DNA of 62,909 bases, counting the filler, from Choristocarpus tenellus KU-1152 (lineage: Eukaryota > Protista > Phaeophyceae), in assembly GCA_964200185.2 (NCBI GenBank). It is 10 parts of 10 records of this genome, joined end to end, with 100 filler letters (N's around TTAATTAATTAA, not from the genome) between each part and the next. Parts side by side here need not be neighbours in the genome. Positions count along the whole stretch, not along the records: positions 10,019 to 15,512 come from CAXNAD020010612.1; positions 15,613 to 19,850 come from CAXNAD020015543.1; positions 19,951 to 26,041 come from CAXNAD020008961.1; 7 more parts are not named here. One strand, 5' to 3'. The translations under genes were made by a program, and so were the position numbers. Under the pieces are notes generated by a model. That model worked only from the letters and a program-made list of their open reading frames with translations, was not told the origin of the DNA and did not search any database. This document shows positions 12,088 to 25,938 of the stretch, in pieces. Numbering within the stretch: position 1 is the first letter of the stretch; every line of letters starts with the position of its first letter.

Positions 12088-15000
12088 GGGTCAAAGTATC
12101 TGGGGGGGTGGGGGTGCCGGTGTCCGTTTTTCACCCTTTTTTCGATTTTCACTTTTTGGTGTGATTTGGTTGCACGTGTCGGATTGGAAATGTGGGCGAA
12201 AAAAAGAAGACTGTTCCTGTTTAGGTTCCCTTCTGTCCTTGCGTACGCAGGAGGAATTGGAATATATGCCAACATTTATTTGGGCTTGGTTAGGAGTTTC
12301 GACGTTTGCATGTGGCGGATTCCGAAGATGCTCAAACAGGCTTATGTCGATGTGTATGTTTTTTGTACCGTTAGGATGAAGAATTGAGAGATTTGCCATT
12401 GGTTGTTTCAGGGCTAGTTATTGGTTTGTTTGATTGCATGAGTGGGAATTGGTCAGCACATAAAGAGGGCTGTCGGTTAGGGTATGTTTTCCCAGTGCTA
12501 GCATGAGGAACTGAAAAAAAGACCATGGACTGTTTCAAGATTAGTTTTTTCGTTTATTAGCTTGATGAGTCGTGTTTGGTATGTACACAAAGAGGACTGT
12601 CAGCTGGGGCCTGTTGTCACGGTGTGTGCACGAGGGATTAATAAATAATCCATGTACTGTTTTAAATTTAGTACTTCGTTTAGTTGCTTGCATGTGTCGG
12701 ATTTAGTATGTACACAAACGGAGTAGTCGCTCAGGGTGTTAGGGTTAAAGTTGTTGACAGGAAGGAAGGGAAAACGGTCCGGTTTTACTTTCGGCTTAGT
12801 GAATTGTTTCTTTGATGTAATGTATCGACGGACTCTGAATGTGTTCACAAAGACTTATTGATCAATGTCTATTGTCACACGTTTCGTTGGAAGTATCTCA
12901 AGATATGCAATCCTTGATTCTGGGTTAGGGTTAGTGGGTTGATAAATCCTGATGAGGTAGGGTAGGTTTGGTGTAATTAGGGTCGATGACGGCACTGATA
13001 AGTAATTCAGGTAAGACTCTTGTCTATTTTTGGTTGGCACGGGATGCAGATGGGCTCAGTGTAAGTGTTAGGGTAAGGATATGGTTTGTGCGGTGTGCGG
13101 GGGTAGCGATCTAGGACATTCGTTGAGTTCATGGCACGTGTTTGAGGTAGGCTCAGGGTTGGTGTTATGCTTAGGAGCATCAGGCGTGGATTCGGTATAT
13201 GATCATCCAAGATTTTAAGGAGGATGAGATCGGCCCTCGTTTGTCGACACTCGGACGAAGCATGAGATGGTGCATAGAGTATTGAGAAGCAGGGGGGAGG
13301 TACGTAGTATGGTACGTAGTATGGTTCACGGAATAATTTACGGCTGGTAAGAAGACAACGTATATCCATCGCAGGCCTTGGCGAATTGATAGGAAACTTA
13401 GTGGAAAAGATGGAGAAGATTTGTTTAAAAAATGTATTATATTTTAGTAGTCTGAACCTTGTATTGGACACTGTTAAACAAATAAGAACACAGGTCTAAT
13501 CCTCAAGACGAGTATCATGTATGATACACTGACACCTCTGACTGGCAGTAATGTATCCGATACAACTGTGTAAATGCATAACCCATCAAATGGAAACTGC
13601 ATTAACATGGCAGTCGGACACCAAGGCAAGGTACACTGATGCACGAATCAAACACTTGTAAGTCGACCTGTACTTCAACAAAAAAACTGAAACGCCTCAA
13701 CAAAAAACTGAAACGACTCAATAAAAAACTGAAACGAGTAAAGCTCTATTTCAATTGGTGGGCAGATTCGAAATGGCATTCCTCACCCTTCTCCCACCAC
13801 TCTACAAGCTTCAGGTACGCCTCGGTTAGAAGGTGCTAGAGATTTAGGCGCGTGGAGTACCTGTTGTTCCACGGTTCGGACTTCACGAGGCTCATGAAGA
13901 TGGCCTTCCTTTCATCGAGTCCTTCCACATGCTCCGGACGCAACATGCTGCCGGGCATCCCTCCACCGTGGAGTTTTAGCTGTGTGGGCTCATGGACGTA
14001 GCAGTCATCCCCGAATACAAGATTTTTGGCCGCTCTGCTGGCCTATAGGAGCCTGAACCCATGGTTTTATATGACCTGGGTAAGAATTTGGGTTTGTACC
14101 CGGTACTGCAACGAAGCGGGTTTTGTTGCTGATCGTAGGAGCTTGGTAACGCATGCCTCGATGTAGGCTTCGGTGATCCCCAAGACAGATGCATCGCCGG
14201 AGTCGACCACGTCCTATGTCACGACGTCATCATCCTCATGCCCCATAGTAGATGGCGCTGCATTTTCCGCGTCTCCGCCCTTTCTGGCAGAAGCGAAGAC
14301 GTCCGCAAAAAAGCTAGGTTCTAAATCTCTAATGTCATTTCCATGAGGGTGTTTGAAGGGTCTCATCCGTCCAGCACCTTCTCCCAACCTCTTCTTTGTA
14401 ATGGCCGTCATTTTGGCCTTGCCCTTCCCCTTTGCTGAGGGCTTGTCCCTATGTAAGGAACCTGATGGTGTCAAATCAACCTTGGTGTTGTTGACTCGGC
14501 ATTAGTGTAGTTCACAATTCGCTCCACAGTATTGTCCTTCCTTTTCCCTTGACCCGTTGTGTCGTGATCGACGGACTCATCGATGCTGCTGCCCATCGCA
14601 TGGACGTTTGGGGACATTCCGGGGTCACTCCTGACAGGCATGGACTCTGGGTCCGTGCCTAGTCGCTCCCCCACGTCCTCCTGGACATCTTCCTCTCGAC
14701 ATGACAACGTGTTTCAATCGGACCGGTCCCCATTGCCTTCAGGGTCGTCCTCTGAGGGTGTGGTTGGATGTCTTCATGTAGTGAACCGCTTCCTGCACAT
14801 ATGGTAGGGTTAGGCAATGACGTCTCCTGTTCCTCTTTATCACCTAGTGGGTCGGGTCCTTCACAAGGTATAGGCGTGGATACGCCACCAGCTAGCGGTG
14901 CCTTCACGAGCGCAAAATCGCAGAAGGTGGAGAGTTCACCGATGAGGAGTTGGATACGATCTGGATTCTGGTTGCCTCCGAGGGCGGTACATGTGATTAC

Positions 15001-15409
15001 AATGCCTCCTGGTCGGGTCTGGAGAAGGGCGACTGCTCTCTCATGGGCGGCGCTCGTTTTGGACTTGAACTTATCAAGGTCGTGCTCGGACGTGGCGTTT
15101 TTCTCTGGCGTGATCACAATGTTTTGTGACTCGTGTTATCTCTGAAATGGTGGAGGAGTAGGCAAAGGACGAGGCAAAGTAGGAGGTAAAACAACAGGAA
15201 GAGGGGATAGGGTTAGGAGGCAAAGGACAAGGCAGAAGTTGGTGAAAAGGAGTAAGCGAAGGAGGATATAGAGGAGGAAAAGGCTGAGGAAAAAATCCCG
15301 CAACCCGAGGTCTCTTTTCACCTGTGGATTTTATGGGGTTAAATTAATGTGCGCGACAGGGCGTTTATTGTCAGGTGACTTGTTATGAACTCAAATACTA
15401 TGGACAGAT
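12088..15409. mobile_element. Candidate long TIR element related to MITE family B, with a decayed unknown ORF on minus (~13740-15120)
   Basis: Starts GGGTCAAAGTATCTGGGGGGG and carries family-B subterminal GATTTGGTTGCACGTGTCGGAT. The other end is not seen, so the extent is a guess. Confidence 0.4.
13675..13738. repeat. 21-bp tandem repeat x3
   Basis: (TCAAYAAAAAACTGAAACGMC)3. Confidence 0.85.
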
Positions 15410-15512
15410 GAGCCAAAGTATCTTAGAGGGTAGTGTTGGGTCCATTTGGGGGCCAAAATCCAATGTTGCGATTTTGATGTAATTTTGGCTATCGGTTTTG
15501 TTAGGAAACGTC
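15410..15512. mobile_element. MITE family C copy truncated by contig end
   Basis: GAGCCAAAGTATCTTAGAGGGTA...; matches the start of 54044-54309. Confidence 0.8.
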
Positions 15513-16338
15513 NNNNNNNNNNNNNNNNNNNNNNNNNNNNNNNNNNNNNNNNNNNNTTAATTAATTAANNNNNNNNNNNNNNNNNNNNNNNNNNNNNNNN
15601 NNNNNNNNNNNNGTTCGTGGAACACCACGGTTAGCTGTGGTGGTTTTTTGTTTTTAGTAGAGAAGGAAGAGGGGGGGGGGGGGGGGGGGGGGGGTTCTTT
15701 TATCCTCTCGTAAAACGGTTTAGAATAATTAGTTCAGAATAATTGGCAATAGCAAGAAACTGCGAACAGCCGAACGAACCGAACACAATACCTGAGTTGA
15801 AGCTTTTATCTAAAAGAAAGAAAAAGACACCACAGGACGCACACTGATCTTCAGTTACGAGTGCGCATGACCTGACGTCTGCAAATTCTCCCTCCGAACC
15901 ACCTTCCAGTGGTTCTACAGGCAGACGACTTACCTCGGCAACACACAGATCTCAGCTCATAAAAAAAAAAAAAAACTCGAGGGAGTCTTGGTCTTCTTGC
16001 CGTCAACACGTTAGGAACTAGAATCTCACAATAATACCCCCCTGTACCAGACAATGTTAGAGTTGCCTAATCATTGCAGAAAAGAGAACCCGCCTGCCTC
16101 ACCAGCCTGCTTACATACAAGCTGCTACTTCCAGGCAGGGTAGTCTCAATAAACAGAGATCTTTGTTTAATTTCGTCATTCAGCTAGCGACCCCTGACAT
16201 CGCAATCCCAACCTCAGTCGGATGCAATGCATTTTTTTATTTTTCAAGGACATAGTAGAATAGAAAAAAAAAGAATGAAAACATTCAGACATAGAACACC
16301 ACCTAATTTGGGGAGGAAGGGCAAAAACTTGGACTTAC

Positions 16339-18682
16339 CAGCTTTCATCTCTCTCAGCACTGCATGCTTCCCCCCCGATGCATTCAGTTTCTTTGCGACC
16401 TCCTGGACATTTCCATGGTACGTATAGGTCATTCATTCTATTGCTAGAACACACTATATACGTATATATATATATATATATTTCAAGGTACAAGAATATA
16501 GAATCATCTACATTCGTCCAGCGATAAAAATACAAGGGGGGGAGGGGGAGCTATAGAGGTAAAGGAGTAGAGATAAAATCAAAAACCGTAACTAATTTGC
16601 GACTGAATACCACTGTCCTCCTCGTATTGAAAGGGGATAATCGATAGGGCAGAACCTCATGAATCATTGATTCCACACTGACGAGCCAGCATGCCACAAC
16701 AAACACACGACCAAGGGACCCAATCACAAACTTGGGAATTGGATTCACATTTTCCACATAACTTTGAGAGTTTCAAGGCTCAGTCCCGACAGGGAAAACA
16801 CTCCAAGCATTGTAGGTTGTAGTGACAAAGATACGGCCATATAGGAAGGGTTCTAAAATGGGGAGCACCCTCTTTGTTGAGTCTTTTCATCGCCGTTTCC
16901 AAGATATCCAACGAAGTGCTTGTTTGCTATTTGGTTATGGCGCCAAAGGATCGACTAATTGAAACTCTTCTGGTTTGGCCAGTCTGCCTTTGCATGATTT
17001 ATGCAATCAGATGCAAGTGCATCATGCGTCCACGGGTTTAAAATAAAAAAAGAGCAAAATAGTGTCCACTTGGCAGCACACAGCTCCGATTTCGCTACTT
17101 CCAAAGACCGACATTGCTAGCGCTTCAGTAGCATGCACAGACTTTTATGAAATAAATAACCGTGCTGACCTCTGCCCAGGTCTCGTCTGCCACAGAAGAG
17201 AGAAAGCTCTTCTCTCGTTCCTTCATCTCAGACAAGCGCTCCTCAAGCTCCAGTCGTTCCCCCTGCAAGATGTGTTGAATCCCCCCCNNNNNNNNNNCCC
17301 CCCGTCCTCCCCCCCCCAAAATTTGTTCAACCCCCCCCCCCCCCCCCCCTCAGAAGTGAGAAAATAATGCATTGAATTGTTGTGTTTTGACCTTAATATC
17401 GTGTTGAGCCTCGAAATCGGCACACTCCACTCCCTTTATATTTACCCTTCAAGGGCAATGTAACATTCTTGAAATTCTTGAAAGGTTTGGTGTGCCACGA
17501 GTGGAGTTAGTGTCATTATATCATTGAGAATCAATGGGAATATAGTGGAAGACTCACATGACAGGGAAAAAAATGGGTGCACAGCATGGTGGAGGGGCAG
17601 GTGAGCTAGGAAAACGTGCATGGTGTGCAGAGGTATGTGTAAGACTGTCAGCGTCGTCAAAGAGAATCTTTATATATTGTGGTCGAAGTAAAACGCCCTT
17701 TGGGGAGTGCGCACCAAACCTTACCTCTAAACCAAACGGTTATCCTGAGAGAGGAAAGGTTAAAGCTTCGTTCAACATGGCGACAACTATTGCCCTACAA
17801 GTAGATGAGATGGTGGACAGAATCCGTGCGTACAAGCTATGTTGTGTGTGATCGTTGAGAGTATCGACACGTTTCTTCTACGACCAGAGAGGGGAGACGT
17901 ATGTCAAAATTCAACGGTTTCTAAAGGAGTGGGGTGTTTGGTGCAGACCTTGAGCCAATGGGTACAATTTGCAATACAAGAATTCAGTTTGTGCGGCTAT
18001 CAATGGTGGTTTCGGGATAGATGAGCGTTCCAAAACGCAACATAGGGTCAACGACCCTCCGAAGCGGACGAAAGCAGGTCACTTTTGATCGCATAATACA
18101 ACTGCACACATTTCTAACTACTAGAAAAGGAAAACATATCCAGTAGCGCCATTCCAATATCTTTATCGTAGACAGCCAAGGCTCTTAGCCATGACGTTCG
18201 AAGCAGTTGTCTGTTGCAGCCTACCTTAGCGTTGATCATACGGGAGGCCATCATTAAGCCAAGGGTTGCAAATGAAAGGTTGAAAAACTGCTGCTTCGAT
18301 CCTTTGATAAACAGCCACACTTTCCCAGCAGGAGAAAGCGGCTCCGGCCCCCTCGACCCTATCCCCACTTGACTGGCGGTGGCTGACGAAACACTTGGGT
18401 TCCCTCCGCTCAAGAGGCGTCGTACACCTAGGACGCGTGATGTGCTTGAGTTTGGTGAATCAAAGCTTAGATCATTCATGTCTCCAATCATAGACTTGAA
18501 TGCCAACCTCTAGATCAGACGTAGCAGGGGGTTTGACTCTCTCTTGGAGAAAGGGACTACCTTCGTCGTCCAGATAAACTGACAGTTGCAAGCTATTGCT
18601 CTTCCACATCACAATCACCTAAGGGATGTCGTTGGACTGTCCGTTGGAACAGTTTCATCGTCGGCGTTTGCAAAGACGCCAT
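16339..18682 (-). CDS. Unknown protein, possibly mitochondrion-targeted, with one hydrophobic segment and a coiled coil (3' end unresolved)
   Basis: Phase-compatible GT-AG exons 18619-18682, 18225-18427, 17170-17262, 16339-16402: MASLQTPTMKLFQRTVQRHPLGVRRLLS...FFNLSFATLGLMMASRMINAK GERLELEERLSEMKERE... Confidence 0.5.
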
Positions 18683-20520
18683 GTCTCTGGACAGTAGTAC
18701 AACAGCAGGGATTCAAGTGGTTGACTTCATTAGTGATATATTGAGGGAGGAAAAGGGGTTACTATTATTGGAGGAGGCATTCTCGCAGGGTTGATTCTCC
18801 GGTCATACAGGCATTTTATCAACTCAAGAGAGCCTTGCATAGAGAGGATAGGGATCCTCCTCAACATGGTGAACACGTACGCATTCCCCCCCAGGGTCAT
18901 CAACCCCTACAGTCAAAACTGGACGTCCTAGCCACAGCAGCAGCAGTCAGTCATCCTAAGAAGAGGATCTATCTTGATAGCTGGAATGCGCACGCTTACC
19001 TCTTGGAGGAACCATACAAACCACACATATTTTTATAACACTTGCTCACTCCATTTTGCTGGGGCAGACGCAAGAACAGTAGTAGTACTTTTGCTAGTTA
19101 CTATTATAATTATGTGCAAGTGGTTAAAAGTACTTACTGCAATCATAAAAATAGCATCACTACACAGTGGGAATGTTAAATTATATTTTTGAGTGAGTAC
19201 GGAACTACCACCACCATGCTTGTATAAAAACACAGGGAATAGTATTGTTCTTTTTCTTGAGTTCCTCTCTGTTGTTTAAATCACTACAATAATAATTTAC
19301 AAATAATGGCTGTGTATGTGGTGCTTTGTAGAGCCACCTGGGGAAGGCAGGAGCAATCTTAGTTAGGGTTCCCTTACTACTACAATTATTGATATCATTA
19401 CTACCAAATACCTAGTACAAATGAAGTGCGTTACCCAGTCCAGGTGCGCACATGCCAATAACAAACGTAACATTCGGCATAGTAGTGAACCGAAGTAAAC
19501 AAGATTTACTCAGACTTCGACTGACTGCTTTATTTAAAATTATAGTCGCTTTTTTCGTCTCTTAGAACCCAACCTTTTCTCTACGGATGAAGTGCTAAAA
19601 TTGACTCGAGGGTGTTGATTTCTGTATTGTTTGAAAAAAATCGACAGAGCTCAGAAAGGTAGGGAAGTCCCTGTACGCATTTGTACAAAAAAAAACTCAT
19701 TTTAAAGATTAGTCAGCACCTTAAAATGCAACCTTAGAGCAGCGGATCAAGATAATGGCGGATGGATCATTTCATGAACAGCCGATTTCAAAAATTGAGG
19801 ATGGAGCTTTTCATTGAGGATGGGCTTGACCCAAAATTGACTGGGATAAANNNNNNNNNNNNNNNNNNNNNNNNNNNNNNNNNNNNNNNNNNNNTTAATT
19901 AATTAANNNNNNNNNNNNNNNNNNNNNNNNNNNNNNNNNNNNNNNNNNNNATCTATATTTTACCGTAACTGTCCGATAGAGTTGGAAGAGTCTAATCGAA
20001 CACGAGTAGCCCAGAGGAAGAATCATGCAGAATGGACCACAGCCCGCTTGAGAATTCAGAACAAGGAGTTCGTATTAGTCACTTGAAGTGCTTACATGAT
20101 GGTACCGCAATGGTGTGGACAGGGTGTATGACATTTGGATACCCTGCTGGTACGAGCCTAGTCTTATCAGATGCGATGTACTTGGGCTTTAGGAGACAAG
20201 GAGAGGTGGACAGCAAGAATTTGAACGCAGTCGATATGTTGTCTATTGAAATGGAGACAGGGATTGAACGGGGAGATGTGTGTCACACTTGCAGTAAAGA
20301 ACCCGATGGCCTGTTTAGGAAACCCTTTGGAAAGAATATGTGAGCGACTGGGTGATGAAGGTTCAGATCCTGTAAAGTATTAATAACCACTTTTGCTGTA
20401 GGCTATATTTTGAGGCTATGAGGCTATGCCCCAACAGAGCCTCTACAGAGAGGGAAAGAAAGCGAAGGAGGATAAGTTTGGATAGTCCTGCATGAAGTGG
20501 TGGAGTATGTTACAGCTAAA

Positions 20521-20525
<5 letters not shown>

Positions 20526-20566
<41 letters not shown>
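20526..20566. repeat. (CT)n microsatellite
   Basis: About 20 TC units. Confidence 0.95.
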
Positions 20567-20568
<2 letters not shown>

Positions 20569-21168
20569 ATGCGAATGTCTGAACTGGAAAAGGAGGGGAA
20601 GGGAGAGGGGGTAGGACAGCTTGGTACTTGGACGATAGGACTGTGATACACTGAAAATAGTGGTGCGCACCTGGTGAAGATTCTTCTCAACCAACGAGAT
20701 GTACTGTCCAGTCCACCCCTGTGGACTGCACTTCTGGTGCTTTTTGTGATGAACAAATCTGGCTGGTGATGAGCTTCTGTGAACAGGAATGACAAGTGAC
20801 AAGAGGGTCGAGTCAGGAGCAGATCAACAGCACAACTTCTGCCTTCACCACCACCTTGTCCACTTGAAGGTGAAAGGGGCTTTTCTCTGATAGTGAAAAC
20901 TGTGCGGTGATGTGAGTCACAACCTTCATCAGTTAAGGCATATGCCACTTGGGGACCGTCAAGGCCACACCTCCTTGGCACTGGTGCTGGCGTCTATTGC
21001 CTGCCATGGGCTTACGAGTGTATTTTTACTCTCTCTAGTGTCCCTTTTCTGTTTTTTTTTGTTTTCTGTTGTACCGCTTTGTCTTTTTTTTTGCTGAGTG
21101 AACGGAGGGGCACAAGTGGACGTTTTTGGACCTCGTGTTAGTGATTGCATGCTGGAACCGATTGCCTG

Positions 21169-21431
21169 GAGTCAAACCAATTGAGAGGTAGGTAGGGCTG
21201 CATCTTGAGATTCCCGAGAAAGGGCAAATAGATCCCATTTTTCTACAATTGCAGGAAGAGCCTTTGCTGAATTGTTGCATCGCTTTGTGTGTGTGGAAAG
21301 GAGGAACATCATTTTTGCGTACACTTTTGTGCACATAAAGTAGCAACAGAATAGAGTGTATTGCACAGGGTAGGAAAGGTGCTTAGAATGCAAAAGGTCC
21401 AAACCTGCTCACCTCTCAATTGGTTTGGCTC
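21169..21431 (+). mobile_element. MITE family A copy
   Basis: TIR GAGTCAAACCAATTGAGAGGT / ACCTCTCAATTGGTTTGGCTC. Confidence 0.85.
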
Positions 21432-24400
21432 TTAGTACACCGAACAACACCTCGTTCTGTTCTCGATTTTTTTGTGTTTTATTGTTTGTGCATTTCTATA
21501 TCTCTAATGTCAAGGTGTACCGTTTTTCTGCCCTCATTTTATACTATTGTAGACTGTGTTGTCCTTGACCAAAGATCCAAGCGACATTGCATTATACAAC
21601 CAAAGTGTTTCAATCAATCGATCGACCAACTTCATGTAATAGATCTCTCATTGTTCGCATTATTGTTGATTAACGGAATACTGGCTGTTCAGGGATAATA
21701 GGAAGGTTCTTGTTCTTATTTCTTTTCATCATGTAGATTTTTGTTTTCCTCTTTCTAAACCATCTCACAAGTCTTTTGGCGAGTATCCCCAGTTGTTGGT
21801 GTATATTTTACTACGACGAGGAGTTCAAAGAATTAAGCAGGCATATGTAAGGACCTCAGGTGTACGTAGTGTTACTTAGCCAGTCGTCCTGTTGCAGCTA
21901 ACTGATGCATACTATGCCTTGTTTACTTGCCTTGTGTTTAGACGAAATAGTTGACAGTCATGGACAGAAGATGTTTCTTCCAGATCGGACTGTTCAAGTG
22001 GGTTGGGTCAGACTGAGCAAATTTGTCGCAAAAAAAAAAACTTCATACAGGACCTGTAGGCGGTGGAAATGAACTCTATTTTTGTGGAAGTCCCTTCAGT
22101 CACCTACTCTCCTGTTGGTGTGTTAGTATAATTGAGACCACACCACCTCATCCTAGTGTCCACGTATGACAGTGTGTTAGGTTTGGCCCTGGGTTAGACT
22201 GAAAATAGTATCTGACGGCCCTGGTTTACACAGAACGAAAAGTATATTTGAACCTGTCCAACCCAGCAGCCCACACACTGGTCCCTTTGCATTTGACCAA
22301 CCTGATAAAAGGCCCTGGAAAAAAAGCGGAAATACTACCAGAGACTAGAGTACTTCCGTTGAGTACGGACTATGTGGAATGCGTCTCTGCATATGCATCA
22401 GGCAGGAAATCATTTAGACGCTACTAGTGTGGGCAATTGCAAGGAGAGCATTGCATCTGTGGAAAAGGGAAAACGTTCTCAACACATAATTCGCACATAT
22501 CTGTTGTGAAAATCTGCTCTGTATCCGGTCAGAAATATAACCACCTTCTGAAGGCAAAGAGTTCTCGAAAGAGAAATGAACTTCCTCGACTTCTAGTTTC
22601 TAGGTGTGCTATAGAGAGCAGACAAGAAGTGGTGGGGGGTCTTGAGGTATGGCTGTCCCTGACCAAAATCAAGCCACGTTGAGCTGTAAGTCACAGCGCT
22701 ACTCCAGATAAAGAACAAGGCAGAGGGTTGCTTGAATGCTGCCACCCACAATGAGAGGCCCACAGTCGAGGGCAGACCCACTCCTAGTACTCCAGCAACT
22801 GGAGAGGGTCCCTAACCTTGTCCGTGGAGGTAAGTGGTCAGGTCAGGGCTGGAACTGTCTCTCCTTGATAGTTATTACTGTACTTTTCTAGTTTAGAGTT
22901 GGGGCTAGTAGTGCAGGTTGGTGACAGACAGAGCAGGGAAGGATATTCCGTATTTCTCTCAACCTTTCTTAAAACTGAAATCCCTTGAGGGAAGGTACAC
23001 GTTTCACTTTCAATCACGATACCTACAAATTGTCCAATGCATCGCACTCCTGCCCCATGTGGTTCCTATCAGAAGAGCATCTAGGGGTTGACAGGAATTA
23101 TCCTGTCCCAGAAGTTTTGGGGACTAGGACAAAGCTTGTAGTCAGCCAAAACGTCAGGTGACAAACTGACGTGGGATTTTCTCTAGGGAGTCCAAGGTAT
23201 TGTAGGACAATTAGAAGTATTGTCCCAAGCAACCTTGTTTTGGGGGAGTGAGAGAAAGTCAGGAGGATGGAATATGACGTAGGTCAGATGGCAAAGGCAA
23301 AGGATATATGGTGACCATATGCAATGCCCTAAACTACCGCTCTGTACTACTATAAATACTACATACTATGCCACAATTCAAAATCAGTACAGAGGCCTCA
23401 TGTTGCTATTGTGTGGATTGCATGATGTAGTATGATTGGGTTTATGCTTTTAGAATGTCATCCTGCACTGGTGGTGTCACATAAATGCTCTTAACCGCTT
23501 GCTTATATAGCAAGGGCGATCACATCATGATATACACACACACCCCTGTAGTGTGCATACTCCACTCCAGCCAACAGCCCTTCTCTGTCGAATAGATCTC
23601 TTGTCAATTCCTTGTGCCTGCCCCCCTTGTTTACACCAAGTCACACACGACCCAGGACAATACACACCATGAAGTACATGCATTTGGCACAGACTAGATT
23701 ACAGTAAAGCCTTATTAATATCACATACACACGCAAGGATGACAGCCCAGAGGAACTCCATATTTCTCACTCATTTTCATTCCTGCTCAAACAAAGTTGA
23801 GTGTGGTATGTACTTGTCACCAATCTGCTGCTGCCCCTTCAACAAAGCACTCACATGTGAGAAGGAGTCTTGAATCTGGGACATGGAACCAGTATCATCT
23901 CTAGATATGCAACATACCAAGCACTCAAAAAACGTATACATGGACCAATACAACGTAGTATATTTATTATACTTGGATTTGATTCCTAAAGCTTGAACTG
24001 CCTGAGAGAATCAAAACAATTTCCACCTACAGCGAAGGAGCCTCTCAAGTCAATCATTTGTCCTGGTTCTTTCACTAAAACCTCAGGGGCAGCAGAGACA
24101 TTCTTCTAGGGCTTCAAGCTTCACTCAGAAAATTCCTGCATTGTTTTTATGCCCCAGTGAGTGTAAAACGTAACATAACCTTGAAAATCTGTGATGGAAA
24201 ACATTGGCACTACTTCATGACACCAACATCGTTTTAGCACCACTGCAAGTCTCTTCTCCTCTAATAATAGACTACAATCCTACTTTTGATCTAGCAAGAC
24301 ATTTGAGTATACTGCACCTCAGGGAGCAATCCAATGCTCTTCTAACTCATTCCCTTGCCTCCACCATACAACTCTAAACTCACTAGAGAGAGTGCATGTA

Positions 24401-24772
24401 TCATGGAACTTGCAACCCCTGCTCTTCCTCTAAATAGTTAAGCAAGCTATCCCATTTAATTGCTGCGGACAGTCTACAACACCATCAACCATCCTCACAC
24501 GGTTCTTACCGCCTTCAAACTATTTAACCACACATTGGGCATCAACTCCCACTCTCATCAAGCTTTTCAACGCCCCTTACTTCATCTCTCGGGTTTGTTT
24601 GCGAAGGGGGGACAGTTAGGGGGAATAGAGCAGGGCCCAAAACCAATGCCACGCTCACCCCCCCTTCTCCAACCACTACCATGGCAAGACCAACAACGTA
24701 CCTTCAAATAGCTAACTTGGTTGTCACAAACAATCCATAATTCAGACGAATGACAATCTAGTCTTAAATTTT

Positions 24773-25938
24773 TCATCCAGTGCCCCCCGTTGTTGTGCTG
24801 GAATCGCTATCTGTTGCACTGTTCACTGTTGTGACATCCTCCTCAATCACAGCACCTGCATCCTCTGCAGGCAGTACCTCCTCTTTTACCTCTGGAGCAT
24901 CAGCTGCTGCAATCGACGCTGCAATGGTGGCGTCAGAGGCTTCACTTGATGGTGCTATCTTGAACGTCATGTCTCCTCCCACGGACGCAGAAGGGGTAGC
25001 ACTCGACAGCAGGTTGTTGTCAGTAAGTCCTCCCCCCTGTGGGTGAGAGGCAGTTGTGTCCTGGGACTGGGAGTGAAGTTTTGCCTGGTGCCTGTTTTCA
25101 AAGACACTGGCAACTGTACCAGCCAAGAGGATGGCAAAGACCTGTGGACGGAAAGATGGGGCAGGTTGTGGCTAGGATTGTGAGTGAGGGGACTAATTTG
25201 AGCTCCACAGTTCTTAAAATATGTGCTCATATTCATGACATGACAGATCGTGCTATTATTGTCCTTGTTTCTCATCCAATTCCCATCATTTTCCCATGCC
25301 ATTAGAATGCCATTCTGATGGTAGCACAACATCATTGAAACCATTTACATAACACCATACGGCAGACACTCACAGCCTCATCTTGCATCACACATTAGTG
25401 ATTCCCCGCTTTCCAAGGAAAAGATGGCCAAATTGACCTCCGAGGTTTAAGGAGGAAGTTCCACAAAATCCAAAGTACAAAATCCTAATCTCAGTCAAGT
25501 CAACACCAAGGCAGCACACTCAATCAACGAGGTCGGAACTCACACACTGCGTAGCCATCCCTAAGGTCAAAACCTCGCCAAAAATGTCCAAAAAGGCACA
25601 GGCACCATTTCAATGAGTCATCGAGTCAAAATCACTTAAGGGCTAAGACATCCGGCAGCATAGGTTTGTCAAGGGGGTCAAGGAAAAAATAGTCACAACA
25701 TAAAATCTTCTCAATTCCGAAGCGTCTACTTGGGTGAGCAATTGAAGCTGGAGCAAGAGGGCTCACTTACCACAGAGAGTGATGTACCAGTGCCGATGCT
25801 CATGTGGAAGTACTCCATTGCCATCTTCCCCCCCACGAACCCAAGGACAAGGGCCACAGCAGGCTTTAGGTAGGGGAGGTCTGTGATGGCATGGGCAACC
25901 AACGTGTAGAGACTCCGGAGGGCCAGGATGGCAAACAC
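24773..25938 (-). CDS. terC: TerC-family integral membrane protein, last two exons (5' part off contig)
   Basis: Exon 25771-25938 VFAILALRSLY...LPYLKPAVALVLGFVGGKM is the TerC C-terminal signature. Exon 24773-25141 begins VFAILLAGTVASV, has a low-complexity tail and ends in TGA. Confidence 0.85.

Noticed and set aside
24773-25938. Bacterial tellurite-resistance operon or horizontal transfer
   Set aside because: The gene is spliced and no other ter genes are present; TerC is a normal nuclear-encoded family in algae and plants.
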